The notes under the pieces were generated by a model that worked only from the letters and a program-made list of their open reading frames with translations, made no database searches and was not told the DNA's origin. A stretch of DNA of 63,565 bases, filler included, from Guillardia theta CCMP2712 (lineage: Eukaryota; Protista; Cryptophyta): NCBI RefSeq assembly GCF_000315625.1. It is 5 parts of 5 records of this genome, joined end to end, with 100 filler letters (N's around TTAATTAATTAA, not from the genome) between each part and the next. Parts side by side here need not be neighbours in the genome. Positions count along the whole stretch, not along the records: positions 5,175 to 21,509 come from NW_005434375.1; 4 more parts are not named here. One strand, 5' to 3'. Positions 11,801-20,641 of the stretch are shown here, piece by piece; positions within the stretch are counted from its first letter, which is position 1; each line of letters begins with the position of its first letter. The position numbers were made by a program, and so were the translations under genes.

Positions 11801-14800
11801 TAGGCTGTAGTAGTAGCCTTCTTTGCAAAAGCACATGAATGAACCCTGGGTGTTTTCGCAGAAGCTCACGTTCTTGTCGCAAGTGTCGGTTCCCTGCCTG
11901 CACTCGTCGACGTCCTGGCACTGCCCGATGACGGGGTACCAGCCCGTGAGGCAGGTGCAAGTGTAGGATCCCACCGTGTTGGTGCAGAAGGCGTTGAGCG
12001 GGCAGGGGCTTGCTAGAGCGCTGCACTCGTCGATGTCCGTGCAGGCCACACCATGGGTTGGGGCTTCGAAGCCCGGGAGGCACTCGCAGGATTCCAGCGA
12101 GGCGGAAGCGATCGTAGGGGTGGTGGTGTGAGTGGGGCACTCTGTACAGGCTCCGTTGCCGGTGGTGTCCTTGTAGAAACCGAAGTTGCAGTGAGAGCAG
12201 GTGTCCCCCACCCTCGCGTAGCCGACGTCGCAGAGGCACTCGGAGATGGCCACCGACCCTGCCGAGGAGAAGGAGTGGTCGGGGCAGACAAGGCATGAAG
12301 CCGAGCGGTTGGCTCCCAGGTTGGGCTGGTAGGTGTCTTCCGGGCAGGCCTGACAGGGGAGCATGGAGGTGATGGCCTTGAAGGACCCCATAGGGCACTC
12401 CTGGCAGTAGCTAGAAGACCCTGGCTCGAAGCCGGGCTTGCAGACGCAGGTGTCTTCATTCGTGCTCCCAGCCGGGCTGACGCTCCCTGTTGGACATTCC
12501 TGGCAGTCGTCCAAGGTGGTGGAAGCCAGGTAGGGCTGGTATGTGTTGGGTGGGCAGAGGTCGCAGAGAGTGGGGCCGGGGAGGGTCTTGTAAGACCCAG
12601 CCGGGCAGGCCGCACACTCTCCGCCGTCCGCCCCGGTGTAGCCCGACTGGCAGCGGCAGGTCCCGAGGGCGTTCCTATCCCCTGTAGACTCCGAGTTCGA
12701 AGGGCAGGGGGTGCAGGCCTCGTTGCTGACAGTCTCCTTGTACGATTCCGAATCGCAGGGAGAGCAATCCCCGTTTGCGTCCCTTGTCCTTCCTGCGATA
12801 CATACACAACTGGAAGCGCTGGCCTGACCTTCCTGGCTCGTCGAATAGTCAGGACAGGACGTGCAGGCTATCGACCCGACTTCAGCCTTGAATTTCCCCG
12901 CTTCGCATGCCGCACAATCATACCCGCCCGGTCCGGTGTAGCCCGGCTCACACTCACATGCCGTGGAAGAGGTGGCGGCGGGCTGAGTCGAACGGGAATG
13001 CAGCGGGCAGAGCGGGCAGGTCGAGTAGGCAGCGACATCGCATAGCTTAAGCCCGGAATTGAGGGAAGGGGCACTGACGGTGAAGAAGGAACCAACCAGT
13101 GAGCACGCGAATGTGATCGGTGCCCCACCCGCGAGAGAGATGTAGCTCCCGCAGAAGGGACTGACAGTAAAGTCGGTAAAGTTGCCTACGCTGACGTCGA
13201 TACCGGTCAACGAGCAGTCTGCACAACTCTGAAGGAAGACAAGGGAGAGTAACTGCGGGCTCTGGAACGACACCTGCAGCCAGGGGCTCACCTCCACCCC
13301 GGTCTCCGCACAGGTGGCCGTGCTTCCGTCCATTGCCTTATCTGCTGCATATACCGTAGTGGACAGCGCTGGAAACGCCCAGGATTGATTCAGGAGGTTC
13401 ATACGGCTGAACTCCCCGTGGTTTGGTTTGTAGCTGTTGGAAGGGCAAGGGGAGCAGGGCCCGCCGTCCGGGCCGGTATATCCTGGGAGGCACTTACAGG
13501 CTGCAACTCCCACTCCCGCCTGGGTGAGGCTGGTGGAGTTTTCAGGGCAAGGCAGGCAGCTCCCGCTATCCTCGTACTCCCCGGTAGGGCAGGCCGTGCA
13601 GGTAGGAACGCCGTTGACCCGGGTGGATTCAATGAAACCCCTGTTGCAGACACAATCGAGGGGAGAGTCCGACTGTAGAGGGGAGCTGGAGTGTTCCGGG
13701 CAGGAAAGACAAGCACTGAACCCAGACCCGCTGGAGTACCTCCCCGCATCGCACTGCGCGCAAGGCCCACCTCCAGGCCCGTAGAAGCCTGGGTTGCAGA
13801 GGCAAAGGGACTGCGAGGCGCTTGCAGGCTGGCTGTCGGAGTCGTCTGGGCACGGCAAGCAGGCGTAATCGCCAGTCAGGGACTTGTACTTCCCGGATGG
13901 GCATGCCTCGCAGTCCACCCCGTTCTGGCCGTAGTACCCAGGTATGCACGCGCAGGAGGAGAGCAGCGGAGATGCCGGGGGACTGGTGGAGTTGGTAGGG
14001 CAGCGCTTGCAGGACACCTGCCCGTCGTCGTTATAGAAGCCAGCCTGGCAGGCCGTGCAGCCCACGGCGCTGTTGCCCTCGTAGCCCGGGTTGCAGCGGC
14101 ACTGTGTGACGTTGGCCGCGCCCTGGGGGCTGGTAGAGTCATCCGGGCACGGCGTGCAGGCCTGGTTTCCCGTGGAGTCCTTGTACTTGCCCGCATCGCA
14201 CGCCACGCAGAGCCCGAGGAGGCTGGTGTAACCGCGGTCGCAGACGCACATGTCTACATCCGTGGAAGCCGCAGGCGATACCGTTCTTTCAGGGCATGGG
14301 GTGCAGGGATTCTGGCTGACGCTGCCCTTGTAAGTGTTGGCACGACAGGCCTTGCACACACCGTTGTCATCCGGGCTGTAGCCAGGCTTGCAGCGGCAGG
14401 AGTTGGGCGTGGCGCTCGCCGCTGCCACTGTGGTCATGTTCTCGGGGCATCGTGTGCAGATCCCCCCGGAGCCGTCGAGAAAGAATCCCTGCGGGCATTC
14501 CACGCAGTCTCCCACGTCGGGATCGTACAGGTAACCAGGCACACAAACGCAGACCTCCACAGACGTTGCACCTAAGATGACTGTCTTGGTGTTGCCCGGA
14601 CAGTCCCTGCAATCCTGATTCCCTATCGCATCCTTGTAGGTCCCCAGCGGGCACGAGTCACAGAAGCTCGGGGCGCGGAGGTAGGACCCGGCGTCGCAGA
14701 TGCAGGATTCGCTCGAGTTGCTGCCGGGCGGTGACACGGAGTTGTCGAAGCAGGGGATGCATCCCAGGTTGCCCAGCCCCTCCTTGAAGGTGTTGTTCCC

Positions 14801-17800
14801 GCACTGCTGGCACAGGACGCCCGCGGGGGAGGTGTAGCCCGGCAGGCACTGGCACTGGAAGCGGGAGGTGGATCCGAGATTCGACACCGAATTGTTTGGG
14901 CAGGGGGTGCAGGGCTCGGCCCCTGTCGCGTTCTTGTAGGTAGAGGCCGGGCAGAGGCTGCAGGAGGAGGCCTGGCCGGTGAATCCCTGCAGGCAGACGC
15001 AGTTTTCGGCGGTGGGGCTTGCCGCGATGATCGTGGTGGAGTTAGGCGGACAGAGGCTGCAAGAGTCCGTCGGCGAGAAGGGGCGGAATTCTCCAAAGCG
15101 ACAAGGAAGGCACGTCCCGGGGGGCTGGCTGAAGCGGTAGCCGGCCGGGCAGTAACACTGGTATAGATTCACGTCGTTCTCGACGGTGGTGCGCTGCCCG
15201 CTGCACTTCTCGCACTCGAAAGTGATGTTGTTGTAGGTGAACCCCGCCTCGCACTGGCTGCAGATATCGCCGAAGCGGGTGAAGCGGTCCCCGCAGATAC
15301 ATTCTTGTATGGAGACAGAGCCCGCTGGAGAGGTGGAGTGCTGCGGGCAGGGGCTGCAGCCTGTCTCTCCGGATACATTCTTGTATGTGTTCGAAGGGCA
15401 CTTCTCACAGGCGCTTCCTTCGTTCAAGCGGTGGAAGCCCGGTACGCAGGTGCAGGACTCTGAAGAAACGGAACCGTAGTTCAGGGTGGTGGTGTTTTCA
15501 GGGCAGATCTCACAAGCGTCGTCCCCCACCCAATTCTTGAACGCCCCCGGATTGCAGGGCGCGCAGCCTTCCTGAACCGGGTAAAAGCCCTCGCCGCAGA
15601 CGCAGGATTCTATCGAGTCGCTTGCTGGCGGGGAGTACTGCCCCGTCCCACACGGCTGGCACGTCAGGTACGTGATCTTGTAGGAAGAGGAATTGCAGGG
15701 TACACACGGCCCGCCCCTCTCCCCGACGTACCCTCCCACGCACTGGCAGGCGGTGATAAACTCCGAGCCCACCGCGACGGTACTGGAGTTGCGAGGGCAG
15801 GTGAAGCAGGGCTGGTTAAGGCTGTTGTCTTTGTACGTCCCGATCGGGCAAGGCTCGCACCCGGATTCTGTAGGCTGAAACGCGGGCTTGCAAGTGCAGT
15901 TCAGCGGTGAGATCGAGGCGATCAGGGAGGTCGATCCACCAGGACAACCGGTGCAGTCTTCGCTCCCTATGGATGCCTTGAACTTGCCCGCCTGACACGC
16001 CGCACACTCCGCCCCATCCGCCCCGGTGTAGCCGGCCTGGCAAACGCAATCCAGGACGGATCCACTCGCAGGAGGAGAGACAGTGTTTTTCGGGCAATTG
16101 AAACAGATGCCAGGGTCGGACCCGAGCTTGTAAGTTCCAGGGTTGCAGGGGACGCACTCCTCCCCGTTCCTCCCAGTGTACCCGGGGTTGCAAGAACAGC
16201 GCGTGATATCCACGCTGGCCTCCGGTGAATCTGCATTGTCAGGGCAGGATCTACATATCCCCAAGTCCCAGTAGGTCCCAGCAGCGCAGGGCTCACACTT
16301 CCCAGATCCCAGGAAGTATCCCGGGATGCAGTAGCACTCGTCGACTGAGTCAGCGGCAAAATCAGAGGTCCTGAACGGGGGGCAGGGCTCGCAGTGGGTC
16401 TCATTCAGGCGGTAAGTCCCCAGGTTGCAGCCCACGCAGGCATGACCGGGCTGGCCAATGTATCCAGGAAGGCAGGAGCAGTCAAAGACGGATACGCTAC
16501 CCTCTGGTGATGTCCGATTTCCCGGGCACGGTGTACAGCTGATGTCACCCGGGTTGGCAAGGAAGGTGTTGGCCTCGCAGAGACTGCATGAACCGACGAG
16601 CCCCTCCGCAGCGTAGACGGACCTGTAGCTCGGAGGACACGTGCAGGCCGTCGCCGAGTTGCTCTCCTCCGGGCCCACCGCCCCGAGCGGGCAGGGCAGG
16701 CACACGGCACTCTCCAAAGTGGGGATGCGGTCGGGGTTGTAGTAGTTCAAGGCCGACACCGCAGATCCCGGAAACGCCGCGGTGGGCTCACCGGATGGCA
16801 CGGAAGACGAGGGTGCGGAGATGAAGGACCCGTCCCCGCTGTCGGCCCACAGGAAGGAGGAGAGGGGTGTGAGTCCCTTCGTCACCCCACGGCCGGAAAA
16901 CTGCCCGTCGATCCACACGAGGACCTCGCCTGGTGTGACCCTCACTGAAACATACAGCTGGTGCGCCAGCCCGTCCGTGGGGGGCTGGAAGTCCATGTAG
17001 GCAAGGCCTTCATAGACACTCCCGGGATGAATAGATAGAGTGGCGTTACCCACCCTCACCCGCATCGTGATGGGGGCGGTGCTCCTAATAATCCCCGCCC
17101 AGAGCCCTATGGCAGCACCCCCAAAGGAGAACAGCGTGGAACGGGGAGGGCTTGCGGGGAAGACCACATCGGCATAGAAGGAGGCGGCGACCGTGCGAAC
17201 TGTCTCGGGTGGTGCCACCAAGGTGGTAGACGGCTGGAACGAAAGGGAAGGGGTGTACCGCTCGATCGGCGCCCGGGAGAAGGACTGCTTGTACGTCCCC
17301 TCCACACACGGGGAGCAGCTTATCCCGTTCCTGCCGGCCTGTCCCGCCGGGCAGACGCAGTGCTGGATCGACGTTGCCCCTTTCGCCGAGGTGACGAACC
17401 CGGAAGGGCAGTCCACGCAGGCAGGCTGGGAGAGGCTGTCCCTGTAAGTCCCGAACGGGCACTCCGCGCAGCTGCCATTGACGAGCTGGTACCCCACGGC
17501 ACAGACGCAGTCAAGGAGGGAGGTAGAGCCCGTGGACAGCGTGCTGAGACCGAGGGGGCAGGGCGAGCAGGATGCAGACCCGTTGATGTCCTTGTACGAC
17601 CCAAAGTCGCAGTCGGTGCAGACCGCCCCGTTGCCCCCGGTTTTACCGACGGGGCAGAAGCACTTGGCAAGGCGCGTGGAGGCCGGAAGGCTGGTAGAGC
17701 CTTCGGGACAGTCCTGGCAAAAGGTGCTCCCGTTGAAGGGGTTGAATGTGCCCGGCAGGCACTTCAAGCACTCCCCGGCGGAGAAGTAGTACCCCTGGTA

Positions 17801-20641
17801 GCACAGGCAGTCCGTGAGCTCGTCGCTCCCCAGCATGCTCCATGAGAATGGCGGACACCTCTTGCAGACGTCCACCCCGTTCTCCTCGTTGTAGAAACCC
17901 GTCGGGCACTCGACGCACACCCCCGGGGAGGCCGTGAAGAAGCCCGGGAGACAGTAGCACGAGCTCCTGTTGACGTTTCCCTCGGGGCTCCAGCTGTTGG
18001 GCGGACAGAGCGTGCAGGCCGCATCCCCGGTGCTCTCCTTCCAGCGCCCGGCCTGGCAGGGCTGGCAGGTGCCGTCTCCCTCGCGCGAGTAGCCGGGCCC
18101 GCACATGCAGTTCAGAACGGTCGTGCTCCCTTCCGGTCCCAACACCCCCTCGTTGGGGCAGGGCGTGCAGGGGAGGTTGCCGATCGTTTCCTTGTACTCC
18201 CCGGGGCGGCAGGCGCGGCAGCCCCATGGCCCGCTCCCCCCGTAACCCTCGGTGCAGACGCAGTCGGATATGGAGCGGTCGGAAGAGCCGGTGGTGGTGT
18301 TCAACGGGCACTGGGTGCAGGAGGAGACGTTGCCCGGGGAGAAGAAGCCCGGGGCACAGTCGATGCACGCGCTGGAGGCGGGGTTTGGGGAGTACTGGCC
18401 CGGGAGACAGGCGCTGCACTCCCCTGGTCCAGTGAAGGGCTTGCTCATTCCCGCGGGGCAGGCCGTGCAGGTTTCTGTGCCCGTCGGACTGCTCCCTGCG
18501 TACCCCCTCGCGCAGATGCAGGCCGTTCCGTCGCTGCTGATCACCCCGTTGACGCAGGGGATGCAAGGGGAGTTGCCGGCCTCTGCCTTGTAGTGCCCCT
18601 CGGGGCAGGGATAGCAGTTGCCAGCGACGTCGGGCTGGAAGGCGGGGAGGCAAACGCAGTCGAAGGGACTTGTGGAGCTGGTCTGCAGTGTCGTCTTCGT
18701 TAACAGGCATTCCCTGCACCCGCTCGCCCCGGCCACGGCCTTGTACGTCCCCAGCGGGCATGGCCTGCACACAGCGCCCAGCACCGCGTCGATCTCTTGC
18801 CCGGTCCCCGGAGGACACAGGCAGTCATCCTCTGAAGTTGCGGCGATAACCTCCGTGGTGAATCCAGGAGAGCACGACTCGCACACCGTCTGGCCCGCGC
18901 TGGGTTGGTAGGTCCCGGCAGGGCAGTCCTCACACTCCCCCTGCGCGGAGAGGCCAAAGTAGCCGGCATTACAGGAACACATCGACCGCGAAGTGCTCCC
19001 GGGAGGGGACGTGGAGTGCGCGGGACAGGGCAGACAGTCGCTGTAGAGCGCCGTCGATGTCGTCTTGTAGGTGTTGGCCGGGCAGTTGACGCAGCTGTTC
19101 TGCACCACGTAGGTGCCTGCCGCGCAGGTCGAGAGGTAGCAGTTTCCTTGCAACAGCACGTACCCAGAGTTGCAGCTGCAGGAGGTCTGGTCCACTGTCC
19201 CCGCCGCGAGCGAGCTGAAGGCGGGGCAGGGCTTGCAAATGGATTTGATGTTGAAGTCCACGCTGATATCGCTGTGGTCCGACTTGTAGATATCCACCCG
19301 GATGCATCTCGTGCCCTCGTTCTTGAGGAAGTGGAAGCCGGAGATGTCCACACCCGTGAAGGACAAAGCGCTGTAGGTCTCCAGGCCCTCGCAGGCCGCG
19401 TGCCCCGAGTAGCTCATCACGAAGCGATTGGCGCTGCCATAGCTCAGGATTATGTTCTCGATGGATACCAGAGAATCGGTCAAAGATCCCCTGATGGTCA
19501 CAGAGCACCGCAGGCCGCGCTCGTTCAGCGAGGACTGCACCGAGAACTGGGCCACGGGGGAGGAGATCACGCCTCGCGAGCAAAAGCCCTCGAATGTAAT
19601 CATGTTGTACACGATGCTGTTGTAACCGGAGTAGTAGTCGGCCGGGCAGACGCAGCCCGCGGAACCCGTCGCCCCGACAAAGCCAGTTGGGCAGGCGCTG
19701 CAGGTCAGGCCATCCACGGAAAACTGGCCATCGGGGCAATCCTGGCAGTGGCTGTAGATGCCAATGACGACTTTGTACCTGCCGTATCTGCAGAAGCAGT
19801 CATCTATCGAACCAGCGTGCCCGTCCGTCCAGAAGTAGGGGTCGGGACAGGGATTGCACGGACCCCCGCCGGTGGCGAAGCTTCCCAGCGAGCACGGGGT
19901 GCAAACGGAGCTGTCGGAGGTGATCACCCCTGTGAAGCCGTCGTTGCAGACACAGTCGGTGATTGCCGTGCTCCCGGCGGGGCTCGAAGAGTTGCCCGGG
20001 CAGGTGTAGCAGGAGGGATACAGCCCGAAGCGCTGCGAGCGGTACGTGCCCTCCGGGCAGGTGATGCACCGGAAGTTGTTACAGTCCTCGCAGATGAAGC
20101 TGTACTGAATGACCTGGTTGACGTCGCACGTGTCGCACTCGGGTGAGTACGCCGTGCAGTTCTCGCACGGGTCGGAGCCCATCGTCGTCTTAAACTTGCC
20201 GGAAGGGCAGGCCGTGCAAGCCTGGCTCCCGTCCTTCCCCGTGTAACCCACGTCGCACACGCAGCTGAAGGGCGAGAACTGCCCCTGGTCGCGCGTGGTG
20301 CTCCCCACCGCACAGGGGACGCAGTCGCTCGCGGCGGTCCCCCCCGTCGAGCCCAGGTATGTGCCGAAGTCGCAAGGCGTGCAGAGGTCGTTGGAGAGGG
20401 AGTCCTTGTACGAACCCCGGGGACAGGAGACGCATCCCCCCTGGTACGACGCGTAGTACCCGGGCAGGCAGAGGCAGTCGAGCGCCCTGGATGCGCCCGT
20501 GGATAGGGTGCGCGAGTTTGGCCCGCACTGGATGCAGGAATCTTGCATACTCTTGTCCTGGTAGGTGTTTTGCGGGCAGGCGGAGCACGAGCTGCCGACC
20601 ACACGGGTACCTGGACCGCAGAAGGTGTAGCAATTTTGGAT
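5795..20641 (-). CDS. Giant (~4,900 aa) Cys-rich extracellular-type protein truncated at both ends: many ephrin-receptor-like/GCC2_GCC3 repeats, CUB-like, LamG/ConA-like, F-type lectin (FTP/F5-8C-like) and EGF-Ca domains, and a non-repetitive C-terminal region
   Basis: Uninterrupted frame with recurring CxxCPxGxYK...CxxCPxNSxSxxGSxSxxxCxCxxGY units and DIDEC/DVDEC...CxNTxGS[YF]xCxC EGF-Ca motifs. The frame is open upstream of the called GTG (IQNCYTFCGPGTR) up to the repeat. No signal peptide. The last ~30 codons and the stop come from the left array. Confidence 0.92.
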   Translation of the reverse strand: MQNCYTFCGPGTRVVGSSCSACPQNTYQDKSMQDSCIQCGPNSRTLSTGASRALDCLCLPGYYASYQGGCVSCPRGSYKDSLSNDLCTPCDFGTYLGSTGGTAASDCVPCAVGSTTRDQGQFSPFSCVCDVGYTGKDGSQACTACPSGKFKTTMGSDPCENCTAYSPECDTCDVNQVIQYSFICEDCNNFRCITCPEGTYRSQRFGLYPSCYTCPGNSSSPAGSTAITDCVCNDGFTGVITSDSSVCTPCSLGSFATGGGPCNPCPDPYFWTDGHAGSIDDCFCRYGRYKVVIGIYSHCQDCPDGQFSVDGLTCSACPTGFVGATGSAGCVCPADYYSGYNSIVYNMITFEGFCSRGVISSPVAQFSVQSSLNERGLRCSVTIRGSLTDSLVSIENIILSYGSANRFVMSYSGHAACEGLETYSALSFTGVDISGFHFLKNEGTRCIRVDIYKSDHSDISVDFNIKSICKPCPAFSSLAAGTVDQTSCSCNSGYVLLQGNCYLSTCAAGTYVVQNSCVNCPANTYKTTSTALYSDCLPCPAHSTSPPGSTSRSMCSCNAGYFGLSAQGECEDCPAGTYQPSAGQTVCESCSPGFTTEVIAATSEDDCLCPPGTGQEIDAVLGAVCRPCPLGTYKAVAGASGCRECLLTKTTLQTSSTSPFDCVCLPAFQPDVAGNCYPCPEGHYKAEAGNSPCIPCVNGVISSDGTACICARGYAGSSPTGTETCTACPAGMSKPFTGPGECSACLPGQYSPNPASSACIDCAPGFFSPGNVSSCTQCPLNTTTGSSDRSISDCVCTEGYGGSGPWGCRACRPGEYKETIGNLPCTPCPNEGVLGPEGSTTVLNCMCGPGYSREGDGTCQPCQAGRWKESTGDAACTLCPPNSWSPEGNVNRSSCYCLPGFFTASPGVCVECPTGFYNEENGVDVCKRCPPFSWSMLGSDELTDCLCYQGYYFSAGECLKCLPGTFNPFNGSTFCQDCPEGSTSLPASTRLAKCFCPVGKTGGNGAVCTDCDFGSYKDINGSASCSPCPLGLSTLSTGSTSLLDCVCAVGYQLVNGSCAECPFGTYRDSLSQPACVDCPSGFVTSAKGATSIQHCVCPAGQAGRNGISCSPCVEGTYKQSFSRAPIERYTPSLSFQPSTTLVAPPETVRTVAASFYADVVFPASPPRSTLFSFGGAAIGLWAGIIRSTAPITMRVRVGNATLSIHPGSVYEGLAYMDFQPPTDGLAHQLYVSVRVTPGEVLVWIDGQFSGRGVTKGLTPLSSFLWADSGDGSFISAPSSSVPSGEPTAAFPGSAVSALNYYNPDRIPTLESAVCLPCPLGAVGPEESNSATACTCPPSYRSVYAAEGLVGSCSLCEANTFLANPGDISCTPCPGNRTSPEGSVSVFDCSCLPGYIGQPGHACVGCNLGTYRLNETHCEPCPPFRTSDFAADSVDECYCIPGYFLGSGKCEPCAAGTYWDLGICRSCPDNADSPEASVDITRCSCNPGYTGRNGEECVPCNPGTYKLGSDPGICFNCPKNTVSPPASGSVLDCVCQAGYTGADGAECAACQAGKFKASIGSEDCTGCPGGSTSLIASISPLNCTCKPAFQPTESGCEPCPIGTYKDNSLNQPCFTCPRNSSTVAVGSEFITACQCVGGYVGERGGPCVPCNSSSYKITYLTCQPCGTGQYSPPASDSIESCVCGEGFYPVQEGCAPCNPGAFKNWVGDDACEICPENTTTLNYGSVSSESCTCVPGFHRLNEGSACEKCPSNTYKNVSGETGCSPCPQHSTSPAGSVSIQECICGDRFTRFGDICSQCEAGFTYNNITFECEKCSGQRTTVENDVNLYQCYCPAGYRFSQPPGTCLPCRFGEFRPFSPTDSCSLCPPNSTTIIAASPTAENCVCLQGFTGQASSCSLCPASTYKNATGAEPCTPCPNNSVSNLGSTSRFQCQCLPGYTSPAGVLCQQCGNNTFKEGLGNLGCIPCFDNSVSPPGSNSSESCICDAGSYLRAPSFCDSCPLGTYKDAIGNQDCRDCPGNTKTVILGATSVEVCVCVPGYLYDPDVGDCVECPQGFFLDGSGGICTRCPENMTTVAAASATPNSCRCKPGYSPDDNGVCKACRANTYKGSVSQNPCTPCPERTVSPAASTDVDMCVCDRGYTSLLGLCVACDAGKYKDSTGNQACTPCPDDSTSPQGAANVTQCRCNPGYEGNSAVGCTACQAGFYNDDGQVSCKRCPTNSTSPPASPLLSSCACIPGYYGQNGVDCEACPSGKYKSLTGDYACLPCPDDSDSQPASASQSLCLCNPGFYGPGGGPCAQCDAGRYSSGSGFSACLSCPEHSSSPLQSDSPLDCVCNRGFIESTRVNGVPTCTACPTGEYEDSGSCLPCPENSTSLTQAGVGVAACKCLPGYTGPDGGPCSPCPSNSYKPNHGEFSRMNLLNQSWAFPALSTTVYAADKAMDGSTATCAETGVEVSPWLQVSFQSPQLLSLVFLQSCADCSLTGIDVSVGNFTDFTVSPFCGSYISLAGGAPITFACSLVGSFFTVSAPSLNSGLKLCDVAAYSTCPLCPLHSRSTQPAATSSTACECEPGYTGPGGYDCAACEAGKFKAEVGSIACTSCPDYSTSQEGQASASSCVCIAGRTRDANGDCSPCDSESYKETVSNEACTPCPSNSESTGDRNALGTCRCQSGYTGADGGECAACPAGSYKTLPGPTLCDLCPPNTYQPYLASTTLDDCQECPTGSVSPAGSTNEDTCVCKPGFEPGSSSYCQECPMGSFKAITSMLPCQACPEDTYQPNLGANRSASCLVCPDHSFSSAGSVAISECLCDVGYARVGDTCSHCNFGFYKDTTGNGACTECPTHTTTPTIASASLESCECLPGFEAPTHGVACTDIDECSALASPCPLNAFCTNTVGSYTCTCLTGWYPVIGQCQDVDECRQGTDTCDKNVSFCENTQGSFMCFCKEGYYYSLSESACVNLNECAAAVAPCPISSVCTDTVGSFECNCIEGYGEDPETGLCINLDECAGNPCFENSMCIDLDGSYRCECKPGFTFDATNTSCLDHATCSNTPGSFLCTCNEGYRGPGYYCECAICVDCPAGSYCFNETQFLCPPFSTSPPNSQSNFFCTCFDGFYSTSLFTTECLLCPSGFSCYDNGIYNCTEFSTSTTGSGSCVCDPGYYADPNSIRYKCLTCPENFYCEGGSNIARCPLNRYSLPATSNASNCFCAAGSYTSASGECFDCQELTYCPFGTPEPLDCPANTYSAARSSSKADCLCEVGYGSYNNSDCRLCPAGYWKDFRATVPCSPCPGNTYLPEIGTVNASDCRACPANSTSPSGTPLISQCLCVRGYYREGDACLSCPAGFYSDNLNQFTCTPCGDNQYSTVSTSPSASNCVSCTGNSTRVAIDVASCLCNPGFAGGIHQGGLTCTQCEKGYSKATFGNVSCTICPNNTYADERGLSACKTCQPNSVSPPGSVSPSECLCEPGYEYNSGECQICRPGTYKVGFGNSARCLKCPEDTFLQSDGGSSIDQCIRCPSNAISRNGSSSVSNCSCVPGYYAVDGDITFVCRECGPGYYAARYNQSVCDACPAGTYSEDLTAVAESDCQKCPDNTTSDNHTGNITGCRCTHGHFGRNGQACSPCPVGTYKDAQGDLPCEICPDDRYSDTLAAVSVGFCLECPSHSTSFDSIKATLAACLCDPGYTGTFGNCSACIPGGYKTTYGSAECTPCPNNTYSTTPAAISEDSCQPCRENSISAEGTAVELGCQCLGGFGYVSGKCTKCLEGYYKDTVSNRVCEACPTDTYNPLNQSSRSSDCLACTNFSSSPEASTRKTDCECDDGYGGPDGGPCAACPDGFFSNASETACIECGFGQTSLSDRSSCRPCLSGTHGPQPANPFCPECFPGSYQEYSGQSFCSLCPIGKASRAEGSNTSLTCQNCSAGYHAPSPGTSSCLICTGGTYSLAASGECIPCDQGSVSLPGFSACLQCVPQTYADANATHCEDCEEGTYSDFGYTSCISCEPGYRLDFGLRECIGCDNNTYSNEFRLVCRDCPPNSTSPALSGSVFDCVCAEGYEIQLVAGVYQCVACLVGHYRGPGMLFCEPCPPGYFGNSPALAQCEPCPAGFYEDTNGSSACIPCDFDTYQPIIAATRAEQCLPCPANSITYRAAAEFQYDCRCVPGYEYRLQPVASGGYDMACTACQPGKFKDSTLNEACRPCERGSYAAGNASLYCEYCPLGTSGIAKGQTSCPPCKEGYYASNSIEVVSGCVPCPSGMTTLFTGSQSTGSCRCLPGNTPVDPLVPLKGCRTCYPGHYKPGVSNLPCSSCDFNTYQPEYGAVDSSSCLSCPNHSLSLSSTASIDGCICESGYERIGEDTCSPCSPGNYKPSLSNTEVCVPCSVGYFSELPASSFCTPCTAIGLYTTTATSASNSSDSCKCIPDYGLASMTNATKTCVPCGALSFKKGLGDQPCQSCPLSDSIAKHYLVTDYSCLARCDPGYILDEAYDACQPESKLLSPVTDDLIITNVSGDGFHDAIIGSMLLRHTSGTSIPVLYVSRSIPRVECKACCLSEIQGDTSEELLPASLSVTYQTCPNGTCNCEELENAFYDKYVPYGQDTYGFMTLSPAYGGLYRFSIDAAALEPVVNCTPWGQGWLNCSFYIAATFIQVDSTLSATYHTVYHRVSYSRGVSASVSVIQKVQPGMVSYLSLSLYRFASSNMYAARFVFGGDEELLVRAQAMTYILRYGGWKGWDVIDEQRICASLAPLPSCWSGSPVLHGAVVIDQNTAGAHCERLFTWRPGWPMYVIFQTPQLANEFDTARVTLLLASRKGGYAFTGVALTGKFLETCTASLVSVDERKLPAAFRFGLNSSWIPYTSGIEFPSMSESIQDSLLSVRIGVAGVTRVEIVLIHAIGDLLPGLIRGLMDQGRVFLTQGTSHVVLSDTFQKACWICDIKKSCLGHVMCHVTGQVSLSAGSRPLSAG

